Below the pieces are notes generated by a model, which saw only the letters and a list, made by a program, of their open reading frames with translations, did not search any database and was not told the DNA's origin. From positions 1 through 42,078 of the forward strand of contig CAXTCH010000001.1 in assembly GCA_964241945.1 (NCBI GenBank): a DNA stretch of 42,078 nt, written 5' to 3'. The stretch is from an uncultured Mucilaginibacter sp. (GTDB lineage: Bacteria > Bacteroidota > Bacteroidia > Sphingobacteriales > Sphingobacteriaceae). Shown here piece after piece: positions 8,917-17,745 of this stretch (its first letter is position 1; each line of letters starts with the position of its first letter). The position numbers and the translations under genes are program-made.

Positions 8917-9813
8917 CTATACGTCACAAATCTGCACCGCTTGTTTCAGTGAAGCCAATTTATCTTTACGGGCTGGTACAAACTCCTGTCCCACAAAGCC
9001 TTTAAAGCCGGTTGCCTTGATAGCACGCATCACTGCCGGGTAATACAGCTCCTGAGTATCATCAATTTCATGCCTGCCCGGTACGCCTGCGGTATGATAA
9101 TGCGCTATGTATTGATGATAATCATTTATGTTTTGAATGATGTCGCCATTTTGCACCTGCATGTGATAGATATCAAACAAGAGTTTGAAATTTTCCGACC
9201 CTGTGCGTTTAGCCAATTCGGCACCCCAATACGGGCGGTCGCACATATAATCTTTATGATCTTTCTTACTATTGAGCAGTTCCATTACCAGTATAACACC
9301 ATACTTTTCGGCCAGGGGTAATATTTGCTTTAGGCTTTCCTCACAATTTTTTAAGCCGGTCTCGTCATCCATTCCCCTGCGGCTGCCGCTAAAACAAATC
9401 AAATTTTTATATCCCGCTTTAGCCACCAGCGGAATCATATCCGTATAATTTTTAATCAGCGTTGCATGGAAGCGCTTATCATTAAAACCATCCGTAAGGT
9501 TAATTTCGGCACCATTGCAAATAGGCGATTCCAATCCATGCTTTTTTACTGTCGGCCATTCTTTAGGCCCTAACAAATCAATTCCGCGGATACCTATTTT
9601 TTTGGCCTCTATACAAAGCTCATCTAAAGTAAGCTCACTGAAGCACCAATGACTTACTGATTGGTTGATGTCACCTTTAAAATGATATTCTTCTTCCGCT
9701 TCATTCATGGTAAAGGGCTGGAGTTTACCCGACACGCCGAACGCCGCCGTACCTGCCAGCATATTTTTAATAACCGCTCTGCGCGTTTGATGATTTGACA
9801 TGAATTGGTACAT
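8917..9813 (-). CDS. Hydroxypyruvate isomerase-like TIM-barrel protein with Tat-like signal (true start may be the second Met, about 9801)
   Basis: TRRAVIK; MELLNSK-DH-DY, KLLFDIYHMQ, HYHTAGVPGRHE, GQEF. Confidence 0.85.
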   Translation of the reverse strand: MYQFMSNHQTRRAVIKNMLAGTAAFGVSGKLQPFTMNEAEEEYHFKGDINQSVSHWCFSELTLDELCIEAKKIGIRGIDLLGPKEWPTVKKHGLESPICNGAEINLTDGFNDKRFHATLIKNYTDMIPLVAKAGYKNLICFSGSRRGMDDETGLKNCEESLKQILPLAEKYGVILVMELLNSKKDHKDYMCDRPYWGAELAKRTGSENFKLLFDIYHMQVQNGDIIQNINDYHQYIAHYHTAGVPGRHEIDDTQELYYPAVMRAIKATGFKGFVGQEFVPARKDKLASLKQAVQICDV

Positions 9814-9818
9814 TAAGT

Positions 9819-11075
9819 TTAAACTTCCAGGCGAACATCTTTATCAGCACCCAAAGCTGCGTCAGTAACATTTTGAGCAATTTGATTACGGTCGCGGAAA
9901 AACAGCAGGAATAATAATAACACCACAGCAGCTATACCAGCAGGAATCAGCCAAACAGCTTGCCAGTTGTGCATAGTAGCGGAAATTTTATGACTTTCCA
10001 CAATCGGACCTGAAATGTATGAGCCGATCAACATGCCCACACCATAGGTAGCCAGGGTGATAAAGCCCTGAGCAGCACTTTTGAATTGTTCGCCGGCTAA
10101 GTTATCTGTATAAATTTGCCCCGTTACAAAGAAGAAGTCATAGCATACACCATGTAATATGATGCCGCCAATCAGCATCCAGTAGTTTGCGTCGATGTTT
10201 CCATAAGCAAACATGACATAACGCAATACCCAAGCCAGCATACCCACCGCCAGCATTTTTTTTACACCTAAACGAACAAAGAAAAATGACATCAATGCCA
10301 TGAATAATAATTCGGAAAACTGCCCTAAAGCCTGCTTACTGGCAGCACCTTTCATCCCGATTTCATTTAGGAAAGGGTTGGTGAAATTATAATAAAATGC
10401 CAGGGGTACGCAAATTGCTATGGATGCTATGAAAAACACTAAATACGATTTGTTTTTTAGCAGCCCGATAGCATCCAATCCTAAAATATCTCCGATTGAT
10501 GTTTTTAATCCTTTTTTTATCGGAGGGGTATCGGGAAGCGTGAAGCTCAGAAAGCCTAATATTAAAGATGCGGTACCTGCCATCTTGAAAGTAAGTACCA
10601 GGCTGCCGCTCTGCTCCCATCCCAGCCAGCCGATAGTTAATCCCGCTACAATCCATCCTAAAGTGCCTAATACACGTATCGGCGGAAATTCCTTACTCGG
10701 GTTAGTCATTTGCCTGAAAGCAACTGAATTAACCAGTGCAAGCGTAGGCATATACAGAATCATGTATAGCAGCAACACCGGATAGAAGTTATCGAAATTG
10801 GAAATGGTAGTAATATACCATAACAAGCCGCCGCCAATCAGGTGAAGAACACCAAGTATACGTTGCGCGGAAAAAAACTTATCGGCAATAAGCCCTATAA
10901 TAAACGGAGCGATGATAGCACCAAACGATTGTGTAGCATAAGCTACTGCATTTTGCACATCCGTAGCCCGTATGGTTTTTGCAAGATAAGTGCCCAGCGT
11001 TACAAACCATGCACCCCAGATGAAAAACTCCAGGAACATCATGATAGATAACTTAGCTTTGATGGTAGCGGTCAT
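9819..11075 (-). CDS. MFS nucleoside permease family (NupG/XapB/YegT-like) transporter
   Basis: KLSIMMFLEFFIWGAW, GLIADKFF, IRVLGTLGWI, ILHGVCYDFFFVTGQIY; about 12 hydrophobic segments. Confidence 0.9.
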   Translation of the reverse strand: MTATIKAKLSIMMFLEFFIWGAWFVTLGTYLAKTIRATDVQNAVAYATQSFGAIIAPFIIGLIADKFFSAQRILGVLHLIGGGLLWYITTISNFDNFYPVLLLYMILYMPTLALVNSVAFRQMTNPSKEFPPIRVLGTLGWIVAGLTIGWLGWEQSGSLVLTFKMAGTASLILGFLSFTLPDTPPIKKGLKTSIGDILGLDAIGLLKNKSYLVFFIASIAICVPLAFYYNFTNPFLNEIGMKGAASKQALGQFSELLFMALMSFFFVRLGVKKMLAVGMLAWVLRYVMFAYGNIDANYWMLIGGIILHGVCYDFFFVTGQIYTDNLAGEQFKSAAQGFITLATYGVGMLIGSYISGPIVESHKISATMHNWQAVWLIPAGIAAVVLLLFLLFFRDRNQIAQNVTDAALGADKDVRLEV

Positions 11076-11107
11076 GGTTTTTAGGTTTATGGGGTTAGTG
11101 AAAGCGC

Positions 11108-11551
11108 TTATTTAACTGATAAAATATATTTTACCATCAGTTTAGCCGAGTCGGGTGACAGCTGAGGGTGAGCTGACATAGGTACATCGCCCCAATGACC
11201 AGCGCCACCCTTAATGATGTGCTCGGCCAGCATATCCATGTCTTTATCGGTATATTTTTTTGCTACATCAGCATAGGAAGGTCCTACCAGCTTTTCGTGT
11301 TCTTTATGGCAACCTAAACAGTCACTTTTGGCAATGAGCTGTGCGCCCGGATCGCTCGGTTTGCTCATTCCTGTACCAGCATTCGTTGAGCCGATATCAG
11401 CTCTTGTCGAGTCATAATTACCGCCCGATTGATATTTGCCGGTGTGATCACTGGCCTGGGCGCTATCCTGGGTATTGTCACTGCTGCCACCACCGCGGCC
11501 GCAGGCTGCTAATACCGAACTTAAAGCCAAAACTATTAATACCTTTTTCAT
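11108..11551 (-). CDS. Class I c-type cytochrome lipoprotein (c551/c552-like)
   Basis: Lipobox LAAC; Gly/Ser/Thr-rich linker; CLGCH haem motif, VGPSY, distal Met in WGDVPM. Confidence 0.9.
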   Translation of the reverse strand: MKKVLIVLALSSVLAACGRGGGSSDNTQDSAQASDHTGKYQSGGNYDSTRADIGSTNAGTGMSKPSDPGAQLIAKSDCLGCHKEHEKLVGPSYADVAKKYTDKDMDMLAEHIIKGGAGHWGDVPMSAHPQLSPDSAKLMVKYILSVK

Positions 11552-11568
11552 GTGTTAGAGTGAATTGA

Positions 11569-12624
11569 TTATTGTATGCCTAATGTTTTTTTATTTAATG
11601 ACTCGTCCGTGCCTGATGCTGCAAAGTCATCAAATACACGATCAGTTACATGAATAATATGTTCTTTGATAAATTGTGCCCCTTCACGCGCACCATCTTC
11701 CGGATGTTTGAGCGCACATTCCCACTCGAGTACTGCCCATCCAGGGAAATCATACTGCGCCATTTTGCTAAAGATCGCTTTAAAGTCTACCTGACCATCG
11801 CCCAGTGAACGGAAGCGACCCGCACGGTTTACCCAGTCCTGATAACCTCCGTACACACCTTGTTTACCTGTAGGATTAAATTCAGCATCTTTTACATGGA
11901 ACATTTTAATGCGCTCATGATAGATATCGATATAATCCAGGTAATTTAATGCCTGCAAAACAAAATGCGACGGGTCGTATAAAAGGCAGGCTCTCGGGTG
12001 CTGGTTTACCTTGTCCAAAAACATCTCGTAGGTAACGCCGTCATGCAAATCCTCGCCGGGATGAATTTCATAGCAAAGGTCGATGCCGTGCTCGTCAAAA
12101 GTGTTCAGAATAGGTTCCCAACGCCTGGCCAACTCGGTAAAACCAGTTTCAACCAAACCCGCCGGGCGTTGCGGCCAGGGATATACCATAGGCCACAGGA
12201 AAGCGCCGCTAAACGTAACATGCGCCTGTAAACCCAAATTTTGCGAAGCTTTAGCTGCATATTTTAATTGCTGAACAGCCCAATCTGTACGCGCTGAAGG
12301 GTTGTTGCGTACTTGCTGCGGAGCAAAACCATCAAACAACTGATCGTATACCGGGTTCACGGCGACTAATTGTCCCTGCAAATGGGTAGAAAGCTCTGTA
12401 ATTTCCACGCCGGCTTCTTTGGCAATACCGACAATTTCGTCACCATAATCCTTGCTTTCAGCAGCTTTTTGCAAATCTATAAAACGTGCATCCTGTGTGG
12501 GTAACTGGACGCCTTTATAACCTAAGCCGGCAGCCCACTCGCATATCTCTTTCAAGCCGTTAAACGGGGCCTGATCTCCGATAAATTGAGCGATAAAAAT
12601 AGCCGGGCCTTTGATTGTTACCAT
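11569..12624 (-). CDS. Cytoplasmic sugar phosphate isomerase/epimerase (AP endonuclease 2-type TIM barrel)
   Basis: KGPAIFIAQF, YEIHPGEDLHDG, YDPSHF, FHVKDAEF, VLEWEC; no signal peptide. Confidence 0.88.
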   Translation of the reverse strand: MVTIKGPAIFIAQFIGDQAPFNGLKEICEWAAGLGYKGVQLPTQDARFIDLQKAAESKDYGDEIVGIAKEAGVEITELSTHLQGQLVAVNPVYDQLFDGFAPQQVRNNPSARTDWAVQQLKYAAKASQNLGLQAHVTFSGAFLWPMVYPWPQRPAGLVETGFTELARRWEPILNTFDEHGIDLCYEIHPGEDLHDGVTYEMFLDKVNQHPRACLLYDPSHFVLQALNYLDYIDIYHERIKMFHVKDAEFNPTGKQGVYGGYQDWVNRAGRFRSLGDGQVDFKAIFSKMAQYDFPGWAVLEWECALKHPEDGAREGAQFIKEHIIHVTDRVFDDFAASGTDESLNKKTLGIQ

Positions 12625-12630
12625 AGAAAG

Positions 12631-13785
12631 TTATTCAGTTTTAAATACTGTCCATTTCCGGTCTGACAGACCCGAAGCGATTATATTCTCAATAAAAGCC
12701 ATACCACGTATCCCCTCTTGTATACCGGGGTAGTCTAACCGTTCCGGTTGGGTTATTTCATGGTTAAGTTTGGCTTTTACAGTTAAAGCGAAATTGCGGT
12801 AAAGGTTGGCGAATGCCTCCAGATATCCTTCAGGATGCCCAGCCGGTGTACGCGTATTATGCCCTGCAAAGCTGCTGTTGTAACTGCCACCAGTTCGCCG
12901 TATTTCTGTTGGTTGGTCTGCCCACTTGATATATAAAGAGTTTGCGTCTTCCTGATGCCATTCCAAACCACCCTTTTCACCGTATACTCTTACTTTAACT
13001 TTATTTTCTTCGCCGGCAGCAATTTGCGTAGCAAATAAAACACCGCTGGCATTTTCTGTAAACTTCAATAAAGCTGCGCCGTCGTCATCCAGTTTACGGC
13101 CACTTACAATTACATTGATGTCGGCACATAAATGGGTAACCTGCAAACCGCTTACATATTCAGCTAAGTTGAAAGCGTGTGTACCAATATCACCCATAGC
13201 GCCGGCGATGCCGCTTTTTGCAGGGTCGGTTCGCCATGCCGCTTGTTTGTTATCACTGCCTTCCTCAAAATTACTCAACCATCCCTGAGGATATTCTATA
13301 TATACTTTACGCACAGCGCCCAGTTGACCAGAAGCGATGATTTGTTTAGCTTCCTTAACCATAGGATAACCAGTATACGTATGTGTTAAGCAAAACAAAT
13401 TACCTGTAGCTTCAATTACCCGGGCTAACTCCTTTACCTCCTGCAGGTTGAAAGTTGCCGGCTTATCCAGTATGACATGGTAACCATTTTCCAGCGCCAT
13501 CTTAGTTGGCTCAAAATGCACATGGTTGGGGGTTACAATACTAATTACCTGCACTCTTGTTTCCGCCGGAAGCTGGTTCTCCTTCTCAATCAGTTCCTGA
13601 TAGGAATTGTATATCCGGCTTTCAGGTACATTGAGCAGTAAACCGCTGGCATGTGATTTTTCGGGATTACTGCTGAAAGCACCGCATACCAGCTCATATT
13701 CATCATCCATGCGTGCAGCGATGCGGTGTACAGCGCCGATAAAGGCACCTTGCCCGCCGCCGATCATGCCTAATCGTAATCTCAT
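12631..13785 (-). CDS. Cytoplasmic Gfo/Idh/MocA family oxidoreductase
   Basis: GMIGGGQGAFIG, VTPNHVH, LDKP, DIGTH, PAGHPEGYLEAFAN. Confidence 0.9.
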   Translation of the reverse strand: MRLRLGMIGGGQGAFIGAVHRIAARMDDEYELVCGAFSSNPEKSHASGLLLNVPESRIYNSYQELIEKENQLPAETRVQVISIVTPNHVHFEPTKMALENGYHVILDKPATFNLQEVKELARVIEATGNLFCLTHTYTGYPMVKEAKQIIASGQLGAVRKVYIEYPQGWLSNFEEGSDNKQAAWRTDPAKSGIAGAMGDIGTHAFNLAEYVSGLQVTHLCADINVIVSGRKLDDDGAALLKFTENASGVLFATQIAAGEENKVKVRVYGEKGGLEWHQEDANSLYIKWADQPTEIRRTGGSYNSSFAGHNTRTPAGHPEGYLEAFANLYRNFALTVKAKLNHEITQPERLDYPGIQEGIRGMAFIENIIASGLSDRKWTVFKTE

Positions 13786-13809
13786 TGCAGGTAGAAGTAC
13801 GCTTACAAA

Positions 13810-14379
13810 TTAAGCTAAAGCAAATGCTTTATCACCTTTTTTGTAAGGGTAATCACCAATAAATTTACCAGGTACCGGCACATAGCGCATTGCTTTGGTA
13901 CAACCAGGTTCGGAAGTAAAGAACCCTAATAAAGTCAACTCTTTCACCATACGGAAGTAATGGTTAGGTGTGTTAGGTTTCTGGGTTTTACTATAAGCCT
14001 GCTGTTCTTTGTCTAGGTCAACCAAAACTGCAGTACGTTGCTCTGGCGTTAGCTCCATGAACTTTTTACTGAACTTCTTATTGCTGGCATCGTCAATTTT
14101 CGAACGGCTGGTCAGGAATACTTTCTGGTCTTCTGGTGCATAGCAGTCGCGCACCATCACGGCCATAAACTGCCCTACGTTAGCGTCTTTAGCGCCCGGA
14201 GTTTTGGTGGCAGGTAATATTGTTTCGCCTACTTCGTTAAAAAAGGCAACATGCTCCTGATCAAACAGTTCTTCAACTTTATCAGAGCCTGATTTACAGC
14301 CTGAAAGGAAAAATTCAGTTCCTATTATAGTGCCGCCCATCAACAGGGCAACACGTTGTATGGCATCTCTTCTATTCAT
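13810..14379 (-). CDS. Gluconate 2-dehydrogenase subunit 3 family (Tat partner subunit of a GMC dehydrogenase)
   Basis: MNRRDAI Tat motif, LSGC; ETILPATKTPGAKDA; KELTLLGFFTSE; YVPVPG. Confidence 0.88.
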   Translation of the reverse strand: MNRRDAIQRVALLMGGTIIGTEFFLSGCKSGSDKVEELFDQEHVAFFNEVGETILPATKTPGAKDANVGQFMAVMVRDCYAPEDQKVFLTSRSKIDDASNKKFSKKFMELTPEQRTAVLVDLDKEQQAYSKTQKPNTPNHYFRMVKELTLLGFFTSEPGCTKAMRYVPVPGKFIGDYPYKKGDKAFALA

Positions 14380-14418
14380 CTTATTTAATGAGTGAATGAG
14401 TTTGTATTAAATTAATGG

Positions 14419-14455
14419 ATAAGGCAGATCTACTTAAATAGCTGACCTGCCTTAT
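14419..14455. other. Intra-operon stem-loop (mRNA stability element or weak terminator)
   Basis: ATAAGGCAG (14419-14427) pairs with CTGCCTTAT (14447-14455) with an imperfect inner stem; no strong U-tract. Confidence 0.5.
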
Positions 14456-14462
14456 GTTAAAA

Positions 14463-15896
14463 TTATGAAGTGAAATTCCAGCCCTCGCGGTACTGACGTT
14501 TTACATATTGGTTTACAGCATCAAAGTTACTTACTTTCATTGCAGCATTATCCCACTGGTACTTAAATTGCCCGCCCGGCAGGTCATGTCCGCGAACAGC
14601 AAGGTTAGCCATCAGCAAGGCTTCGGTCAATGGTCCGGCTACCTCAAAAGGTGAGCTTACCTCCATTTTACCATGGCCGGCTAAACAAGCTTCCACCCAC
14701 TGCGCATAGTGTCCGTTAGCGCCACCCGGTACACGGGCCCATTTCTTCGGTGCATTTACTTCTGCCGTGCGCGATTTAGGCAACAAAGTAGCCGCATCTG
14801 AATAAGTGCTGGAGAACATTTTACCCTTAGTACCTATAAATAAAGTACCATTGCCGTTCTCGCCGCCCCAAGGCTCATTGGCTCCTAATTCTTCAGGGCG
14901 CTCGGGCTGTATGCCTCCGTCCATCCAATGCACGGTAACATCACCTTGCGTTTTGGCTGTTTTCGGAAATATCAAGGTAATGTGGCTCGAAGGCGGGCAG
15001 CTTTCCGGAAATTCGCCTTTCTTAAATTCGTCAACATATATACTGCCTACACTGGCCTGTACGCTTTTTACATATTGGAGACCCAATACGCGGAATGGCG
15101 CTTCTACCAGGTGACAACCCATGTCGCCTAAGGCTCCGGTACCATAATCCCACCAACCGCGCCAGTTGAATGGAACCAGTTTGTCCACATAATCTTTTTT
15201 AGGTGCGGTACCCAGCCACAAGTCCCAATCCAGTTCCTTCGGGATGTTGGAGTCGGGCTTAGGCCATGCAATGCCCTGCGGCCATACCGGACGGTTGGTC
15301 CAGCATTCAATAGTATGTACCTCACCTACCACGCCTGCATCGTACCACTCAGACAATAACCGGGTACCATCATTTGAAGCGCCCTGATTGCCCATCTGGG
15401 TTACCACTTTATACTTTTTAGCAGCCTCCGTTAGCATACGGGCTTCCCAAATATCATGCGTTAACGGCTTTTGCACGTACACATGCTTGCCCATGGCCAT
15501 GGCATGATGTGCAATAATAGCATGGTTATGATCCGGCGTTGATACAGATACGGCATCAAAGTTTTTACCTTCTTTTTCCAGCAGCTGGCGCCAGTCTTTA
15601 TAATATTTTGCTTTCGGGAAATTTCTTACCGTAGTTGCGGCACGGCGATCATCCACATCACATAAATACGCAATGTTAGCTTTACCACTTTTTGCAAACA
15701 TGGCGATATCACTTTCACCTTTACCGCCTGCACCTATACCGGCCACATTTAACATATCGCTGGGTGCACGAAAGCCCTTGCCACCCAGTACATGGCGTGG
15801 CACAATCATGAACGAAGCGGCAGCTATGGCGCCGGTTTTGATAAAGTCTCTACGGGTAGTACCTGGTTGTACTTTGTTTTCTTCTTTCTCACTCAT
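14463..15896 (-). CDS. Tat-exported Gfo/Idh/MocA oxidoreductase, allele A (DAGVVGEVHTIECW)
   Basis: TRRDFIK; GIGAGGKG, STPDHNH, YVQKP, QMGNQG, FNWRGWWDYGTGALGDMGCH. Confidence 0.9.
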   Translation of the reverse strand: MSEKEENKVQPGTTRRDFIKTGAIAAASFMIVPRHVLGGKGFRAPSDMLNVAGIGAGGKGESDIAMFAKSGKANIAYLCDVDDRRAATTVRNFPKAKYYKDWRQLLEKEGKNFDAVSVSTPDHNHAIIAHHAMAMGKHVYVQKPLTHDIWEARMLTEAAKKYKVVTQMGNQGASNDGTRLLSEWYDAGVVGEVHTIECWTNRPVWPQGIAWPKPDSNIPKELDWDLWLGTAPKKDYVDKLVPFNWRGWWDYGTGALGDMGCHLVEAPFRVLGLQYVKSVQASVGSIYVDEFKKGEFPESCPPSSHITLIFPKTAKTQGDVTVHWMDGGIQPERPEELGANEPWGGENGNGTLFIGTKGKMFSSTYSDAATLLPKSRTAEVNAPKKWARVPGGANGHYAQWVEACLAGHGKMEVSSPFEVAGPLTEALLMANLAVRGHDLPGGQFKYQWDNAAMKVSNFDAVNQYVKRQYREGWNFTS

Positions 15897-15927
15897 AGGT
15901 TATTAGTTTATAATTAGTTAAGAAAAC

Positions 15928-17607
15928 TTATATGTTACCTTTTTTTAATTCGCTCACGGCATAATCAGCTGCGCGGGCAGTAAGTGCCATGTACGTTAAT
16001 GATGGGTTTTGACAGGCAGTTGAGGTCATGCAAGCACCATCCGTAACAAATACGTTCTTGGCATCCCATACCTGGTTCCACTCGTTCAATACCGAAGTTT
16101 TTGGATCGCGGCCCATACGTGCAGTACCCATTTCGTGTATACCTTTACCAAGCACGGCCTCAGTGGTATAAGTTTGTACTTTTTTAACGCCTGCTGCTTC
16201 CAGCATTTCTTTGGCATCCTGCATCATGTCAACGCGCATCTTCATTTCGTTGTCGCGTATTACGGCATCAATTACCGGAACAGGTAAGCCCCATGCATCT
16301 TTTTTGGTTTTATGTAAGCTTACATAATTTTCGTGGTATGGCAGGGTTTCACCGAAACCGCCAATGCCCATAGTCCATTCTCCCGGTTCAGAAAGTGCAT
16401 CTTTAAATTCACCGCCGATATTCATTTCCGCGATATCACGGCTCCAACGCTCACGGCTGGCTCCACCCTGATAACCAAATCCCCGGATGTAATCGCGTTT
16501 TTCACCATTTAAATTACGGTAGCGAGGAATATAAATACCATTGGCACGGCGACCGAAATAATATTTATCATCATATCCGTCAACCACACCTCCGGCGCCT
16601 ACACCCAGGTGGTGATCCATCAGATTATGCCCCAGTTCGCCGCTGCTGCTGCCTAAACCTGCCGGCCAGATATCAGTAGCTGAATTCATAAGTATCCAGG
16701 CTGAATTTATAGTGGAAGCGTTAACAAAAATCACTTTTGCATAATACTCATAAGTTTTATGAGTTTCTGCATCAATAATTTCCACGCCTTTGGCTTTCTT
16801 GGTGTCTTTATCGTACAAGATTTTTGTAACGATAGAAAAGGGACGCAGCGTTAGATTGTTTGTTGCCGCTGCTGCAGGTAAAGTGGCCGACTGGGTACTG
16901 AAGTAAGCACCGAACGGACAACCCAACCAGCATTTATTGCGGTACTGGCAATTGGTGCGTGCATAATGCGGTACGGTAATGTTGGCAGTACGGCCGATAA
17001 TCATATCACGCTGGTTTTTATAATGCTGTTTTAAGCGGGCGGCAACGTCTTTTTCCACTACGTTCATTTCCATAGCAGGCATGAAATCACCGTCGGGTAA
17101 AATGGCCAAACCATCGCGGTTACCGCTGATACCGGCAAACTTTTCGGCGTAGCTGTACCATGGAGCAACATCTTTATAACGGATCGGCCAGTCAACTGCA
17201 ACGCCGTCTTTTAAATTAGCTTCAAAATCAACATCAGCCCAGCGGTAGGACTGGCGGCCCCACATCAGGGAACGGCCACCTACGTGATAGCCTCTGAACC
17301 AATCGAAAGGTTTGGTTTCCACATACGGACTTTCCTTCTCGTTGGTCCAGTAATCAAGATTAGTTTCGTTCAGCGGATAATCGCGCTTAAGAACCGGATA
17401 ATCTTCGATCATTTTCTGAGTTCTGCCTCCGCGGTGCGGAAACTCCCATGGCGCTTTATTAGCGTTCACGTAATCTTTTACGTGTTCTATATTGCGACCA
17501 CGCTCCAGAACGATGGTTTTAAGACCTTTTTCGGTAAGTTCTTTGGCAGCCCATCCGCCCGAAATGCCTGATCCGATAACTATGGCATCAAAAGTATTTG
17601 CCGGCAT
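15928..17607 (-). CDS. GMC family FAD oxidoreductase (glycoside 3-dehydrogenase-like catalytic subunit), paralogue 2
   Basis: GSGISG FAD motif, VGGRSLMW, Cys cluster CQYRNKCWLGCP, HEMGTARMG, QNPSLTYMALT; no signal peptide. Confidence 0.92.
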   Translation of the reverse strand: MPANTFDAIVIGSGISGGWAAKELTEKGLKTIVLERGRNIEHVKDYVNANKAPWEFPHRGGRTQKMIEDYPVLKRDYPLNETNLDYWTNEKESPYVETKPFDWFRGYHVGGRSLMWGRQSYRWADVDFEANLKDGVAVDWPIRYKDVAPWYSYAEKFAGISGNRDGLAILPDGDFMPAMEMNVVEKDVAARLKQHYKNQRDMIIGRTANITVPHYARTNCQYRNKCWLGCPFGAYFSTQSATLPAAAATNNLTLRPFSIVTKILYDKDTKKAKGVEIIDAETHKTYEYYAKVIFVNASTINSAWILMNSATDIWPAGLGSSSGELGHNLMDHHLGVGAGGVVDGYDDKYYFGRRANGIYIPRYRNLNGEKRDYIRGFGYQGGASRERWSRDIAEMNIGGEFKDALSEPGEWTMGIGGFGETLPYHENYVSLHKTKKDAWGLPVPVIDAVIRDNEMKMRVDMMQDAKEMLEAAGVKKVQTYTTEAVLGKGIHEMGTARMGRDPKTSVLNEWNQVWDAKNVFVTDGACMTSTACQNPSLTYMALTARAADYAVSELKKGNI

Positions 17608-17663
17608 ACAGTAAAATTTAAATTGGTTAGTTCGTCTAATTTATGAATTGTATATATAAATTG

Positions 17664-17684
17664 AAGTGCCAAGGCACTTTTTTT
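17664..17684 (+). terminator. Small hairpin with T-tract on the strand antisense to the operon
   Basis: AAGTGCC-AA-GGCACTT followed by further Ts on +; lies between the two GMC genes. Confidence 0.4.
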
Positions 17685-17745
17685 AATCAGCAACAGATAT
17701 TAATTTATTAACATTATTTTGGAGTTAACAAAATTAATTTAAAGT

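Noticed and set aside
15306-15420. Diversity-generating retroelement TR/VR pair explaining the arm differences
   Set aside because: The changes are not adenine-specific on either strand, are mostly synonymous third positions, lie mid-gene, and no reverse transcriptase is present.
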